Assembly: GCA_020635235.1 (NCBI GenBank)
Contig: JACKAF010000002.1
Location: forward strand, 63,614 to 127,613
Length of the DNA stretch: 64,000 bases
DNA from: Pseudobdellovibrionaceae bacterium
Lineage (GTDB): Bacteria; Bdellovibrionota; FAC87; UBA2466; JACKAF01
Direction: 5' to 3'
The notes beneath the pieces were generated by a model, which had not been told where the DNA came from, made no database searches, and worked only from the letters and a program-made list of their open reading frames with translations. Shown here piece by piece: positions 23,906-32,221 of this stretch (positions are counted from its first letter, which is position 1; the number at the start of each line of letters is the position of its first letter). The position numbers were made by a program, and so were the translations under genes.

Positions 23906-24051
23906 TGTCCAGAGGGCATACAGTTTTGTGTTTTTAATTTCAAGACCTTAGCTTTCGCTGTCATCAGGATGAACAGTTTTAAGAACCGGTGCCTACGTTC
24001 TTTTCAAGAGTTAACCCATCGGGAATACAGGTGAAACGTCAAAATCCGATG

Positions 24052-24067
24052 TGGCCCACCCCTTGCA
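24052..24067 (+). promoter_or_regulatory. Sigma-54-type -24/-12 promoter (TGGCCC-N5-TTGCA)
   Basis: TGGCCCACCCCTTGCA matches the TGGCAC-N5-TTGCW register exactly (GG and GC spacing). It lies 78 nt upstream of ATG 24145. Confidence 0.6.
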
Positions 24068-24144
24068 AATTATCCCACTATTGAAACCCATTTGGTTTCG
24101 CGCGGCTTTGCAGAAGCCGCTAAGGGGAAAAAGAGGGGAACACA

Positions 24145-24996
24145 ATGAACACTCCATCCAATATTTATGATTTCACGGACTACCGTGATTTTTTGAAAGA
24201 CCGCTACCGCCAATTGAAAGAAACTGATCCGGCCTTTAGCTTTCGCTATTTTTCGAAGCAGGCGGGTTTTGGTTCACCCAACTACCTGAAGTTGGTGATG
24301 GACGGAAAACGCAACTTGAGCGATGAAGCGATTGGCAAATTCGCCAAGGGCCTTCGTTTGGATAGCCACGAGAGTGAATATTTCAAATTCATGGTCGGCT
24401 ACAACCAGTGCGAAGATCGCATCAAAAAAGAAGTTTATGAAGCGAAGCTGCATTACCTTCGTGAGCTGTTCAAGGTGAAGGAACTCATTCCTGAGCACTA
24501 CGACTACTACCACGATTGGTACCATGCCGCGATTCGCGAAATGATCAACAACAAGGGCACTGTGCGCAACAACCCTGTGGTTATCGCCGCCAAGCTCTCT
24601 CCGCAGATCAGCGAGGAAGATGCAGCGAACTCCATTAGCCTGCTCAAGAAGCTCGGCTATGTCGTTGAAAACGGAAACGGCGATCTGCAACCCGGCCAAG
24701 GCACGGAAACGGCCGTCGCGGGTGCGGAAATGGCCCAGAAGATTTACCACGAACAGATGGCGGAACTTGCCGCGAAGTCTCTCTACACCCAAGGGTCTGC
24801 GACCCAAGAGTTTGAGAGCGTTACGGTCGCTCTGCCTGCGAACAAGGTGGCCGAGCTCAAGCAGAAGATTAAAGAGCTCGTCGCTGAAGTAAGCAACGAA
24901 CACGGTGGGGAGCAGGTGTACCAATTCAACGTACAGCTGTTCGCGCTGACCCAGGAAGACGGCGAAGAAACTGCGCCGCAGCCTGAAGTCGCCTAA
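24145..24996 (+). CDS. TIGR02147/DUF4423 family protein (paralog 1)
   Basis: The N-terminus 'YDFTDYRDFLKDRYRQLKE.DPAFSFRYFSKQAGFGSPNYLKLVMDGKRNLS' is the hallmark of this family of unknown function. Confidence 0.8.
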   Translation: MNTPSNIYDFTDYRDFLKDRYRQLKETDPAFSFRYFSKQAGFGSPNYLKLVMDGKRNLSDEAIGKFAKGLRLDSHESEYFKFMVGYNQCEDRIKKEVYEAKLHYLRELFKVKELIPEHYDYYHDWYHAAIREMINNKGTVRNNPVVIAAKLSPQISEEDAANSISLLKKLGYVVENGNGDLQPGQGTETAVAGAEMAQKIYHEQMAELAAKSLYTQGSATQEFESVTVALPANKVAELKQKIKELVAEVSNEHGGEQVYQFNVQLFALTQEDGEETAPQPEVA

Positions 24997-25033
24997 CGCC
25001 CTGCAGTGTAACGGATGGAAATTATTGGAAAAA

Positions 25034-25062
25034 GGAAACGGGAAACCGTTTCCTTTTTTTTT
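25034..25062 (+). terminator. Rho-independent terminator
   Basis: The hairpin GGAAACGG-gaaa-CCGTTTCC is followed by T9. Confidence 0.85.
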
Positions 25063-25096
25063 GTTCTGCCGATAAGTCTATTAGGGAATCCCAGAC

Positions 25097-25879
25097 ATGG
25101 AAGGTCTATCCGTTCTCATACCGGTCTTCAACGAAGCCCCCAAGATACGCAGTGTTTTTCATCACTTGTTCCGATCCGCCTGCTCCGTTGAGCGGGAGTG
25201 GATCGTGATTGATGACTGCTCTACCGATGGAACTTCTGAAATCTTGGCCGAGCTGCAGTCTCAGTATGGATTTAACCTCATTAGACATGACCGCAACCGG
25301 GGCAAGGGCGCGGCTATTGTAACGGGTCTCAAACACGCCACACGCCATCTGGTAATGATTCAGGATGCCGATTTCGAGTACGATCCACGAGATATTCCGA
25401 AGCTCATTGCTCCTTTAATGACTGGGGATGCCGATGTGGTCTATGGCTCGCGTTTTAAGAATAGCCTCCAGGTGCACCGTACCTACCATTACTTTGTGAA
25501 CCGGACGCTGACTCTACTGAGTAACTTGCTTTCGGGGCTGTATCTGACGGATATGGAGACCTGCTACAAGATCTTCCGCCGGGATCTGTTGAGTGAAATG
25601 CGCCTGCGTTCGCAGCGCTTCGGGATTGAAGTGGAGTTAACCGCCTATGTGGCCAAGGTCCGTGCCCGCGTTTTTGAAATACCCATCCGCTATTACCCAC
25701 GTACCCGCCTGGGCGGGAAGAAGATTTCCTGGAAAGACGGATTGGCTGCCTTGTGGCACCTCGTGCACTACAACCTGATGACGCCGGTGCAGAAAGCCTA
25801 CCGTGAAATCCCCGCGCAGTACGTCTTGCGGGATGTGACGCTTCCAGTACCCACCGCCGATCTTCCTGCTGCCAGCTAA
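25097..25879 (+). CDS. Glycosyltransferase family 2 (polyprenol-phosphate sugar transferase-like)
   Basis: 'LSVLIPVFNE', 'VIDDCSTDGT' and 'IQDADFEYDP' (DxD motif) are present. Confidence 0.85.
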   Translation: MEGLSVLIPVFNEAPKIRSVFHHLFRSACSVEREWIVIDDCSTDGTSEILAELQSQYGFNLIRHDRNRGKGAAIVTGLKHATRHLVMIQDADFEYDPRDIPKLIAPLMTGDADVVYGSRFKNSLQVHRTYHYFVNRTLTLLSNLLSGLYLTDMETCYKIFRRDLLSEMRLRSQRFGIEVELTAYVAKVRARVFEIPIRYYPRTRLGGKKISWKDGLAALWHLVHYNLMTPVQKAYREIPAQYVLRDVTLPVPTADLPAAS

Positions 25880-26083
25880 TCCTAAGTGAATTTCAAAACC
25901 CGTCTGTAAAAAGTGTAAAAAGCGCCTGCAATCAGGGTGTCAACGACATGTACAATTCAAAGCATGTGATTTCAGCTAGTTGAGTTTGCATGTACCTGAA
26001 GTCTACAGTGGTGATGACGCCTGAATACACTCTTAGCAAAAGCTAAACGCTTAAGAATACAGCACAATCAAAAACTCCCAGCC

Positions 26084-26099
26084 TGGCCCGCTCATTGCA
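26084..26099 (+). promoter_or_regulatory. Sigma-54-type -24/-12 promoter (TGGCCC-N5-TTGCA)
   Basis: TGGCCCGCTCATTGCA has the same register as the element at 24052. It lies 47 nt upstream of ATG 26146. Confidence 0.6.
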
Positions 26100-26145
26100 A
26101 ACCTAGAGCGTAGGGGAAAGTTACGAACTTTAGGGGGTTTTGAAG

Positions 26146-26997
26146 ATGAACACTCCATCCAACATTTACGATTTCACGGACTACCGTGATTTCCTGAAAG
26201 ACCGCTACCGTCAATTGAAGGAAAGCGATCCAGCTTTCAGCTTCCGACATTTTTCCAAACAAGCAGGTTTTGGTTCACCCAACTACCTGAAGTTGGTGAT
26301 GGACGGAAAACGCAATTTGAGCGATGAAGCGATTGGCAAGTTCGCCAAGGGCCTTCGTTTGGATAGCCACGAGAGTGAATATTTCAAATTCATGGTCGGC
26401 TATAACCAGTGCGAAGACCGCATCAAAAAAGAAGTTTATGAAGCGAAGCTGCATTACCTTCGTGAGTTGTTCAAGGTGAAGGAACTCATTCCTGAACATT
26501 ACGACTACTACCACGACTGGTACCATGCCGCGATTCGCGAAATGATCAACAACAAGGGCACTGTGAAAAACAACCCTGCCGGCATCGCCGCCAAGCTCTC
26601 TCCGCAGATCTCGGAAGAAGACGCCGCAGCTTCCATTCTGTTGCTCAAGAAATTGGGTTACGTGACGGAAAACGCGAATGGCGAACTGCAGGCCGGCGAA
26701 GGCGCGGACGTCATGATGGCGGGCGCTGAAATGGCCCAAAAGATTTACCATGAGCAAATGGCGGAACTCGCCGCGAAGTCTCTCTACACCCAAGGGTCTG
26801 AGACCCAAGAGTTTGAGAGCGTCACGGTCGCTCTGCCGGCGAACAAAGTCGCCGAGCTCAAACAGAAGATCAAAGAACTGGTCGCTGAAGTCAGCAACCA
26901 GCACGGTGGGGAGCAGGTGTACCAATTCAACGTACAGCTGTTCGCGCTGACCCAGGAAGACGGCGAAGAAACCGCGCCGCAGCCTGAAGTCGCTTAA
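26146..26997 (+). CDS. TIGR02147/DUF4423 family protein (paralog 2)
   Basis: 283 aa, collinear with paralog 1 and without indels. I placed the start at ATG 26146; the track uses TTG 26140. Confidence 0.8.
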   Translation: MNTPSNIYDFTDYRDFLKDRYRQLKESDPAFSFRHFSKQAGFGSPNYLKLVMDGKRNLSDEAIGKFAKGLRLDSHESEYFKFMVGYNQCEDRIKKEVYEAKLHYLRELFKVKELIPEHYDYYHDWYHAAIREMINNKGTVKNNPAGIAAKLSPQISEEDAAASILLLKKLGYVTENANGELQAGEGADVMMAGAEMAQKIYHEQMAELAAKSLYTQGSETQEFESVTVALPANKVAELKQKIKELVAEVSNQHGGEQVYQFNVQLFALTQEDGEETAPQPEVA

Positions 26998-27024
26998 CCC
27001 CTTCTTCTGGATGGAGATTTGAAA

Positions 27025-27053
27025 GGGAAACGGGAAACCGTTTCCCTTTTTTT
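27025..27053. terminator. Rho-independent terminator, shared with the convergent CYTH gene
   Basis: The hairpin GGGAAACGG-gaaa-CCGTTTCCC is followed by T7. It has the same core as the terminator at 25034. Confidence 0.85.
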
Positions 27054-27717
27054 ATTTCTTCTTGCGCCGACGTTTCTTTTGCTCGGCGGCCCGACCTTTC
27101 TTCAACTCCAAAAGAAAACGTCTCAGTTTAGAAGTGCGGCGTGGGTGCAGTTCTATTCCTTTTTCGTGGAGCCAAGCGCGGAGCCACGTGTCCGCTTCTT
27201 TGGGACGGGTACTTTCTAGCTCTATCTCGTAATAGTTTTTTGAAAATAGCTTGTAATGGTCCAGTTCAACCTTGAACTTTGGGTGGGGCGTTGCTGTGTA
27301 ACGCAAATTGCTGAGGCAACCCAAGACTTCTAGCTTCTCCCAATGCGTTTTTTTCAGCTGCTGCTGCAAAATTGTGGGGATATGGTTATTAAGCCGCAGG
27401 ACCTTTTGCGGATCTCGTAGCACGGCGCGCGCCGCACCGAGCGGGAGTGAGTACTCCCACTCTTTTCTTACCTTGAGGGCGCGGGGACCAGTTTTTCCGG
27501 TGGGAACGAAGGACTGCTTCAAGGTGACTGTGGCGTGTCGCTTGTTGGTAATGCGTACGCGCAAGCCAATCTTCTTGGAACGAAGACGAAGGCGCGGGTT
27601 GTCGATGTAATAATTGTCCTGCTCTTCGCGGCTCGCGATGTGTGAGCGCAAACTTCGCAGAACTTTCTTGTATTCCGACTCCGTCAGTCCGTACTTGAGT
27701 TCCTTTTCTAATGCCAC
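27052..27717 (-). CDS. CYTH domain protein with a polybasic C-terminal tail
   Basis: The N-terminal 'LEKELKY' fits the ExExK CYTH signature. The size matches the triphosphate tunnel fold. The tail reads 'AAEQKKRRRKKK'. Confidence 0.55.
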   Translation of the reverse strand: MALEKELKYGLTESEYKKVLRSLRSHIASREEQDNYYIDNPRLRLRSKKIGLRVRITNKRHATVTLKQSFVPTGKTGPRALKVRKEWEYSLPLGAARAVLRDPQKVLRLNNHIPTILQQQLKKTHWEKLEVLGCLSNLRYTATPHPKFKVELDHYKLFSKNYYEIELESTRPKEADTWLRAWLHEKGIELHPRRTSKLRRFLLELKKGRAAEQKKRRRKKK

Positions 27718-27753
27718 AAGACGGAGCGTAGCACGGCTGAAGCGCTACGGGAA

Positions 27754-28563
27754 CTAGCGACGGCGGGAAGAGCGCCGTTTCTTAGCAACGGACTTGCGGT
27801 TTTTGCGGGATTCCGCGACTTCCGCCTTTTTCTTTGCGGTCGCTTCTGTGAACTCCGAAAGATCCGAAGTCGGGGGTTCCGGACGTTTCGCGATCTCCGC
27901 CGGTCGGGCAACCTTTGCTTTTAGCGAATTTACGGCGGCCGCAACAGGTTTATCCAAAACCGTTTGCCGGACAGATTGGGAATACAACAAGCTGATCCCT
28001 GAGAGTACTAACGCCACTAAACTCGCCACCAGAGCCGCTTTCACTCCCTTGGGAGGCTTTGCTTGGTGTTGCTTTGCCATTTCTTGGAGCATCCTGTCGT
28101 ACGCGATAGGAAGTTCGCCGAGCATACCGGAGACGCGCTCAAAATTCTTGGAGACGTGCTCAGTCGTGTCTTTCACCATGGTCCACTGCTTCGCCATGGA
28201 CTCCATGCTTTGCTGCATGGCGCCGGCTACCAAGGTGGCCTCCTGGCGTGGGCTTTCCAGAGAAATTTCGATAGGGGAGGCTTCATCGGAAAGAGAATCC
28301 GGCTCAATGGCTTCGACTTCTTCTTCCGCTGCCTTGGCTTTCTTGCTGCTTTTTTTCTTAGCCTTTTTCTTGGACTTCTTGGCGGTCTTCTTGGGTTTTG
28401 CCTCTTCCAGTTCCAATTCTACCGTGGCTTCTTCGTCAAAGTCCTCAAGCTCGAGCTCGGAGGCTTCTTCGCCATCGTCATCCAAATCGAGATCCATCTC
28501 TTCGAGATCGATTACGTCTGTCTTTTCTTCGATCTCACTCTGATTCTTTTTCTTGCGCCCCAT
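27754..28563 (-). CDS. Hypothetical single-pass membrane protein with acidic and Lys-rich low-complexity regions
   Basis: 269-aa ORF with one hydrophobic segment (AALVASLVALVLSGISLLY). I recognised no family. Confidence 0.4.
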   Translation of the reverse strand: MGRKKKNQSEIEEKTDVIDLEEMDLDLDDDGEEASELELEDFDEEATVELELEEAKPKKTAKKSKKKAKKKSSKKAKAAEEEVEAIEPDSLSDEASPIEISLESPRQEATLVAGAMQQSMESMAKQWTMVKDTTEHVSKNFERVSGMLGELPIAYDRMLQEMAKQHQAKPPKGVKAALVASLVALVLSGISLLYSQSVRQTVLDKPVAAAVNSLKAKVARPAEIAKRPEPPTSDLSEFTEATAKKKAEVAESRKNRKSVAKKRRSSRRR

Positions 28564-28755
28564 AGTTACCTCTGCTGAATGTCCGGCCTAGGCGAGGCTT
28601 TGCGCCACACCCGCCAGAGTGTCCGATAGAGTAAGCAAGCCTAATGCCACAAAAATTCCCGCTTTTACTGCCTGACAAAGCTTCGCGGGTGACGTTTTTG
28701 GGCTCCTCGGCAGTAGGGTGTAGCCAATTTGTGCGCACTCAAGTAGCTTTCCCGG

Positions 28756-30396
28756 ATGTTGAGCTGGGCGCGGAAAAATTGGGCTTTATCCGTCACACTT
28801 CTTGGGGCCGTGCTCGCCTGCTACTTCACGGTAGGTGCTGATTGGGGCAGTCTGCGGGATCGTCTTTTCGACGACGGGGACTTGATCACGGTGCTGTGGA
28901 CGATGGACTCCGTCGGTTACAACGCCACCCACGGCATCCCCGTTGCCGATCTTCCAATGCTTTTTCCAAACAAGGGCGTCTTGTTTTTTAGCGGCCACTT
29001 GCTGCTTCCCTCGGCCTTTTATGCGTTCTTCAAGTTTCTAGTCACGTCGCCAGTGTTTGCCTTCAACCTCACTGTCCTTATGTTTCTGGTTCTGAATTTC
29101 TTATCTATGGTTTTGTTTTGTAGAAACTTTGCGGGGCGAGGGCCCGCTGTGCTCGGAGGCATCCTATTCGCGTTTGCTTCTTTCCGCCTTTCGCAGATCG
29201 GGCACCCTCAGATCATGGCGCAGTTTTTCCTGCCTCTCGTAGGGCATTTCATTTATCGCTTCGAGTCCACTCGCCGGCAACGCGACTGGGTGTTCGCCGT
29301 TCTTTGCCTGGTGGCCCAGTTTTACCTGGGCATCTACCAGGGGCTGATTGCTTGCCTGACGGTATTGCCCTACCTGTTGGTCCGAGGCTTTTTCAACCCG
29401 ACTCCGGGGCGTTGGGTTTTTAGGCTGTTTCTGTCGTCGTTATTGTGGGGAGTTCTGCTCCTTCCCTTGGCAGTGCCCTATTGGAAAGTGATGCACTCAC
29501 AGCGTGTGGAGCGTCCTTTATCGGAAGCCCACATCTATGGGGCGCACCTCAGTCATTTTCTGGCCGTGCCCGAATCGGGCCTATGGCATTCGGTGACGGA
29601 ACCCTTTTTGCGTGCTCGCCACCACATGGTCGGTAAAAGGCTTTTTGTGGGAGTGGCCGCTTTCATTCTAGTTTGGCTGGCGTTTGTGTACTTGAGTCGA
29701 GCGGGCAGAGAGAAGCGATTCCTTCTTTGGTTGTGTGGAAGTTCGTTGGTGTTCTTAATTTGGATGACTCACGGCCCACAGGCCGTTCTCTACAACCTCT
29801 TCCACGATTATGTTCCAGGATTCAAAGCGCTGCGAGCGCCATCTCGGATCGGGTTTGGGTATTTGTTTGTTGTAGCCGGGCTGGTTGCCCTCGGAGCCGA
29901 AAGTTTACGCCGCCGGCATACGATCGTCGCAACAGGACTCGCGCTTTTTTTGGCGGTCCTACTTGTCGCGGAAAATAAGATAACGCTCGATAGAAAAATT
30001 CCGCCTACGGAGTATGCGGCGATCGCCGATGTACTGGCCACCGGGGCGGGGCCCATTGCGCTTTTGCCTCTCGATCGACCGATTTACCCGCGCTTTTTTG
30101 CATCGCTGCTTCACCACCGGCCCATGTTTAACGGGGAGAGCGCGTTCCTGCCTGAGCCCCAGAGAAGCGCCTACCAAAGAGAGGCTGCAGAGGGGCCAAC
30201 GCTTTCCCTGCTGGAGAGCCTCCTGGGCCATGGGGTGCAGGAATTCGTCGTGGAGCAGGGTAGCGCTTGGGATAGGGTCCTACAGGGCCATTGTCTGCCT
30301 CTGGCCCAGCGGGCCCCGCACGCGCTCTACCGGTGCCCCTCAGAGCACCGCTTGGGAAGGGCCACGGTCGGAAAGCCAATCTTGAAGTTCAAATAA
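28756..30396 (+). CDS. Polytopic membrane protein, possibly a GT-C-like glycosyltransferase
   Basis: It has about 10 or more hydrophobic segments followed by a soluble C-terminal ~120 aa. I am not sure of any family signature. Confidence 0.4.
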   Translation: MLSWARKNWALSVTLLGAVLACYFTVGADWGSLRDRLFDDGDLITVLWTMDSVGYNATHGIPVADLPMLFPNKGVLFFSGHLLLPSAFYAFFKFLVTSPVFAFNLTVLMFLVLNFLSMVLFCRNFAGRGPAVLGGILFAFASFRLSQIGHPQIMAQFFLPLVGHFIYRFESTRRQRDWVFAVLCLVAQFYLGIYQGLIACLTVLPYLLVRGFFNPTPGRWVFRLFLSSLLWGVLLLPLAVPYWKVMHSQRVERPLSEAHIYGAHLSHFLAVPESGLWHSVTEPFLRARHHMVGKRLFVGVAAFILVWLAFVYLSRAGREKRFLLWLCGSSLVFLIWMTHGPQAVLYNLFHDYVPGFKALRAPSRIGFGYLFVVAGLVALGAESLRRRHTIVATGLALFLAVLLVAENKITLDRKIPPTEYAAIADVLATGAGPIALLPLDRPIYPRFFASLLHHRPMFNGESAFLPEPQRSAYQREAAEGPTLSLLESLLGHGVQEFVVEQGSAWDRVLQGHCLPLAQRAPHALYRCPSEHRLGRATVGKPILKFK

Positions 30397-30466
30397 ATTC
30401 AGTAACTTAAGCGCTGTCCGTGACGCCGCGGGTGCTTCGGGCGCGCTAAGTTGCTAAAATAGTTGT

Positions 30467-30637
30467 ATGGACAACAAAATGGAAAACCATTCCCCGCTCG
30501 CCGATCTTTGGGCTTTTGCCCGGACGCGGAAGAAACTTTGGGTCCTTCCTCTGGTCCTGGTGCTGCTGATGCTAGCGCTTTTGATGTACATGGTGGAGGG
30601 GTCCACCGTATCCCCCTTTGTTTACACCCTTTTTTGA
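30467..30637 (+). CDS. DUF5989 (SxtK-like) small membrane protein, 56 aa
   Basis: My own translation is MDNKMENHSPLADLWAFARTRKKLWVLPLVLVLLMLALLMYMVEGSTVSPFVYTLF*. The 'LW.F.R.RKK.W..P', TM and 'APFIYTLF'-like C-terminus pattern fits the family. The ORF is not in the supplied track (below the length cutoff, and in a different frame from the 30463 ORF). Confidence 0.7.
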   Translation: MDNKMENHSPLADLWAFARTRKKLWVLPLVLVLLMLALLMYMVEGSTVSPFVYTLF

Positions 30638-30711
30638 TTTCTCGGTCAGGGCCCTCTAGCGGATCTTGAGCCTGTAGTCAGAGCTGCCGATAAACAGGCT
30701 GGAGGTTTGTT

Positions 30712-31320
30712 TTGTTTAGGGTGCGGCATGTCATCTTTGCGAGCTTGCTTTTGTGCGCACCGCTTTTTGCGGAAGACGAGGGCGAAACCTGGGACTACCA
30801 GCTGACGCACGCACACCAGCTCAAAGTGGCCCTGCCCATTTATGGTGGGGTGGCCGTTGGCGCTTCGCTCGCCGGAGACACGAACAGACTCGGTGGAATT
30901 TTTGGTTTCGGTTTTGATTTTTGGTACGGGCGACGAACTTGGAGCTTGGAAATTGGCTTGCTTTCCGTCGCCAAGGGTTACGGGCTCGCCGGGACAACGG
31001 CGAATTTAGACTACGTGCAGATTCCGCTGATTTGGCGTTGGACATGGCGGAATAAGTTTTCATTAGGCGCGGGCGGTTACGCCGCGCCGGTCACGGTTGC
31101 CGCGAATACAAAAGCGGGATCCGTTGCGACAGACAGTTCAGATTTTTCGGGAGACTACGGTTTGGTGTTTAGCGTGCGCTATGCCGGCCGCATCCTTCCG
31201 AAGGTTCGCTTTGGGATGGAAGCCCGCTACAACTTGGGCTTATCCAACGTGTCGCGAACCAGTACGCAGCAGCTTAGGACCTGGCTGTTGCTCGCAACAT
31301 TGGAGTTTGGCCTATGGTAG
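30712..31320 (+). CDS. Outer-membrane beta-barrel protein (OmpW/porin-like small barrel)
   Basis: It has a signal peptide, alternating hydrophobic beta-strand periodicity, and an aromatic C-terminus ('LEFGLW'). Confidence 0.6.
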   Translation: MFRVRHVIFASLLLCAPLFAEDEGETWDYQLTHAHQLKVALPIYGGVAVGASLAGDTNRLGGIFGFGFDFWYGRRTWSLEIGLLSVAKGYGLAGTTANLDYVQIPLIWRWTWRNKFSLGAGGYAAPVTVAANTKAGSVATDSSDFSGDYGLVFSVRYAGRILPKVRFGMEARYNLGLSNVSRTSTQQLRTWLLLATLEFGLW

Positions 31321-31334
31321 TTTTGGAGGCAGTC

Positions 31335-31763
31335 ATGAAACAAGGAAGTTGGCTCGGCTATATTGTCGGGCTCTCGCTCTTCTATTCGCCATTGATGGCG
31401 GAAAACCGCGTAGGCGGTGGGGCGCCGGTGAAAACCCCTCCGGGTTACGGAGTGCAGGTTTTTGACGACGCTATTTTTCAAGATACGGGAAAAAAGACGA
31501 CTGAAGAAACAACAGAGAGCTCCGTTACTGGCACTAAACGCTACGTGAACGGTGAGTTTGGACAGTACAACGAGCAGCAAGTGCAACAGTGGAGACAAAC
31601 TTGCGCGGGCGAAGCGGCCAATCCGTCGGCCTATTCCGAGTGCGTCCGCCGCGAGCGCTCCCGATCGACAGAAGTTTTGAAAGAAACGGAAAAGAACGTG
31701 GAGGGTCGGCAAAACTCTCCGCTGCGTCGGCAGAGCACGACGCCCGGCTTGGACGGGTTCTAA
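31335..31763 (+). CDS. Secreted hypothetical protein
   Basis: A GGAGG RBS precedes ATG 31335. The signal-peptide-like sequence is 'MKQGSWLGYIVGLSLFYSPLMA'. I recognised no family. Confidence 0.45.
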   Translation: MKQGSWLGYIVGLSLFYSPLMAENRVGGGAPVKTPPGYGVQVFDDAIFQDTGKKTTEETTESSVTGTKRYVNGEFGQYNEQQVQQWRQTCAGEAANPSAYSECVRRERSRSTEVLKETEKNVEGRQNSPLRRQSTTPGLDGF

Positions 31764-31802
31764 GTCGGTGCAAGAAGCACGGGCTCGTGTTAAGGGATAG
31801 GA

Positions 31803-32213
31803 ATGGATTTGAAGCTTTCCCATGTGGCTATCGCCGTTCCTGAGATTAAGACCATCGCCGAGCGCTTAAAGGCCTTGGCGTTGCAGGTAGCTGAAACGCA
31901 CCGGGTAGATACTGAAAAGGTCGTTGCCGCGATGATCCCGGTGGAAGTCTCCTCGGAGTTTCGTATCGAACTACTGGAGCCTTCAGCTTCCGGTTCGCCG
32001 ATTGCGAAGTTTTTGGAAAAGCGTCCCGCCGGAGGGATGCACCATTTGAGTTTTGAAGTTTCAAACCTTCAAGAGTGGAAGAAGGTTTTGGAAGAGAATG
32101 GCTTTGAGATACTGCCGCCGGGCATACGAAAAGCTGCGCGAGGGATAGCGCTCTTTATCCACCCCAGAAGTATCGGGGGAGTTCTGGTGGAATTGGAGGA
32201 GATCCAAGCCTAA
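31803..32213 (+). CDS. mce: Methylmalonyl-CoA epimerase (VOC/glyoxalase family)
   Basis: 'LSHVAIAV', 'GGMHHLSFEV' and 'IHPRSIGGVLVELEE' are present. Confidence 0.8.
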   Translation: MDLKLSHVAIAVPEIKTIAERLKALALQVAETHRVDTEKVVAAMIPVEVSSEFRIELLEPSASGSPIAKFLEKRPAGGMHHLSFEVSNLQEWKKVLEENGFEILPPGIRKAARGIALFIHPRSIGGVLVELEEIQA

Positions 32214-32221
32214 GGGGAGCT

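Noticed and set aside
24274-26925. 216-aa antisense ORFs inside both TIGR02147 genes (24274-24924 and 26275-26925, minus)
   Set aside because: They mirror the sense genes exactly and are conserved only because the sense genes are duplicated. Their composition is typical of shadow frames, and I saw no start or RBS context.
27794-28578. Plus-strand ORFs (249 aa and 171 aa) opposite the 27754-28563 gene
   Set aside because: They are low-complexity Ser/Phe/Leu-rich shadow frames of a Lys/Glu-rich gene. The minus-strand frame has a TM segment and a plausible start.
30463-30669. 68-aa ORF listed in the track
   Set aside because: It is in a different frame from the DUF5989-like reading (30467-30637), has a TTG start and shows no recognisable features. 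The overlapping 56-aa frame gives a family-typical peptide.
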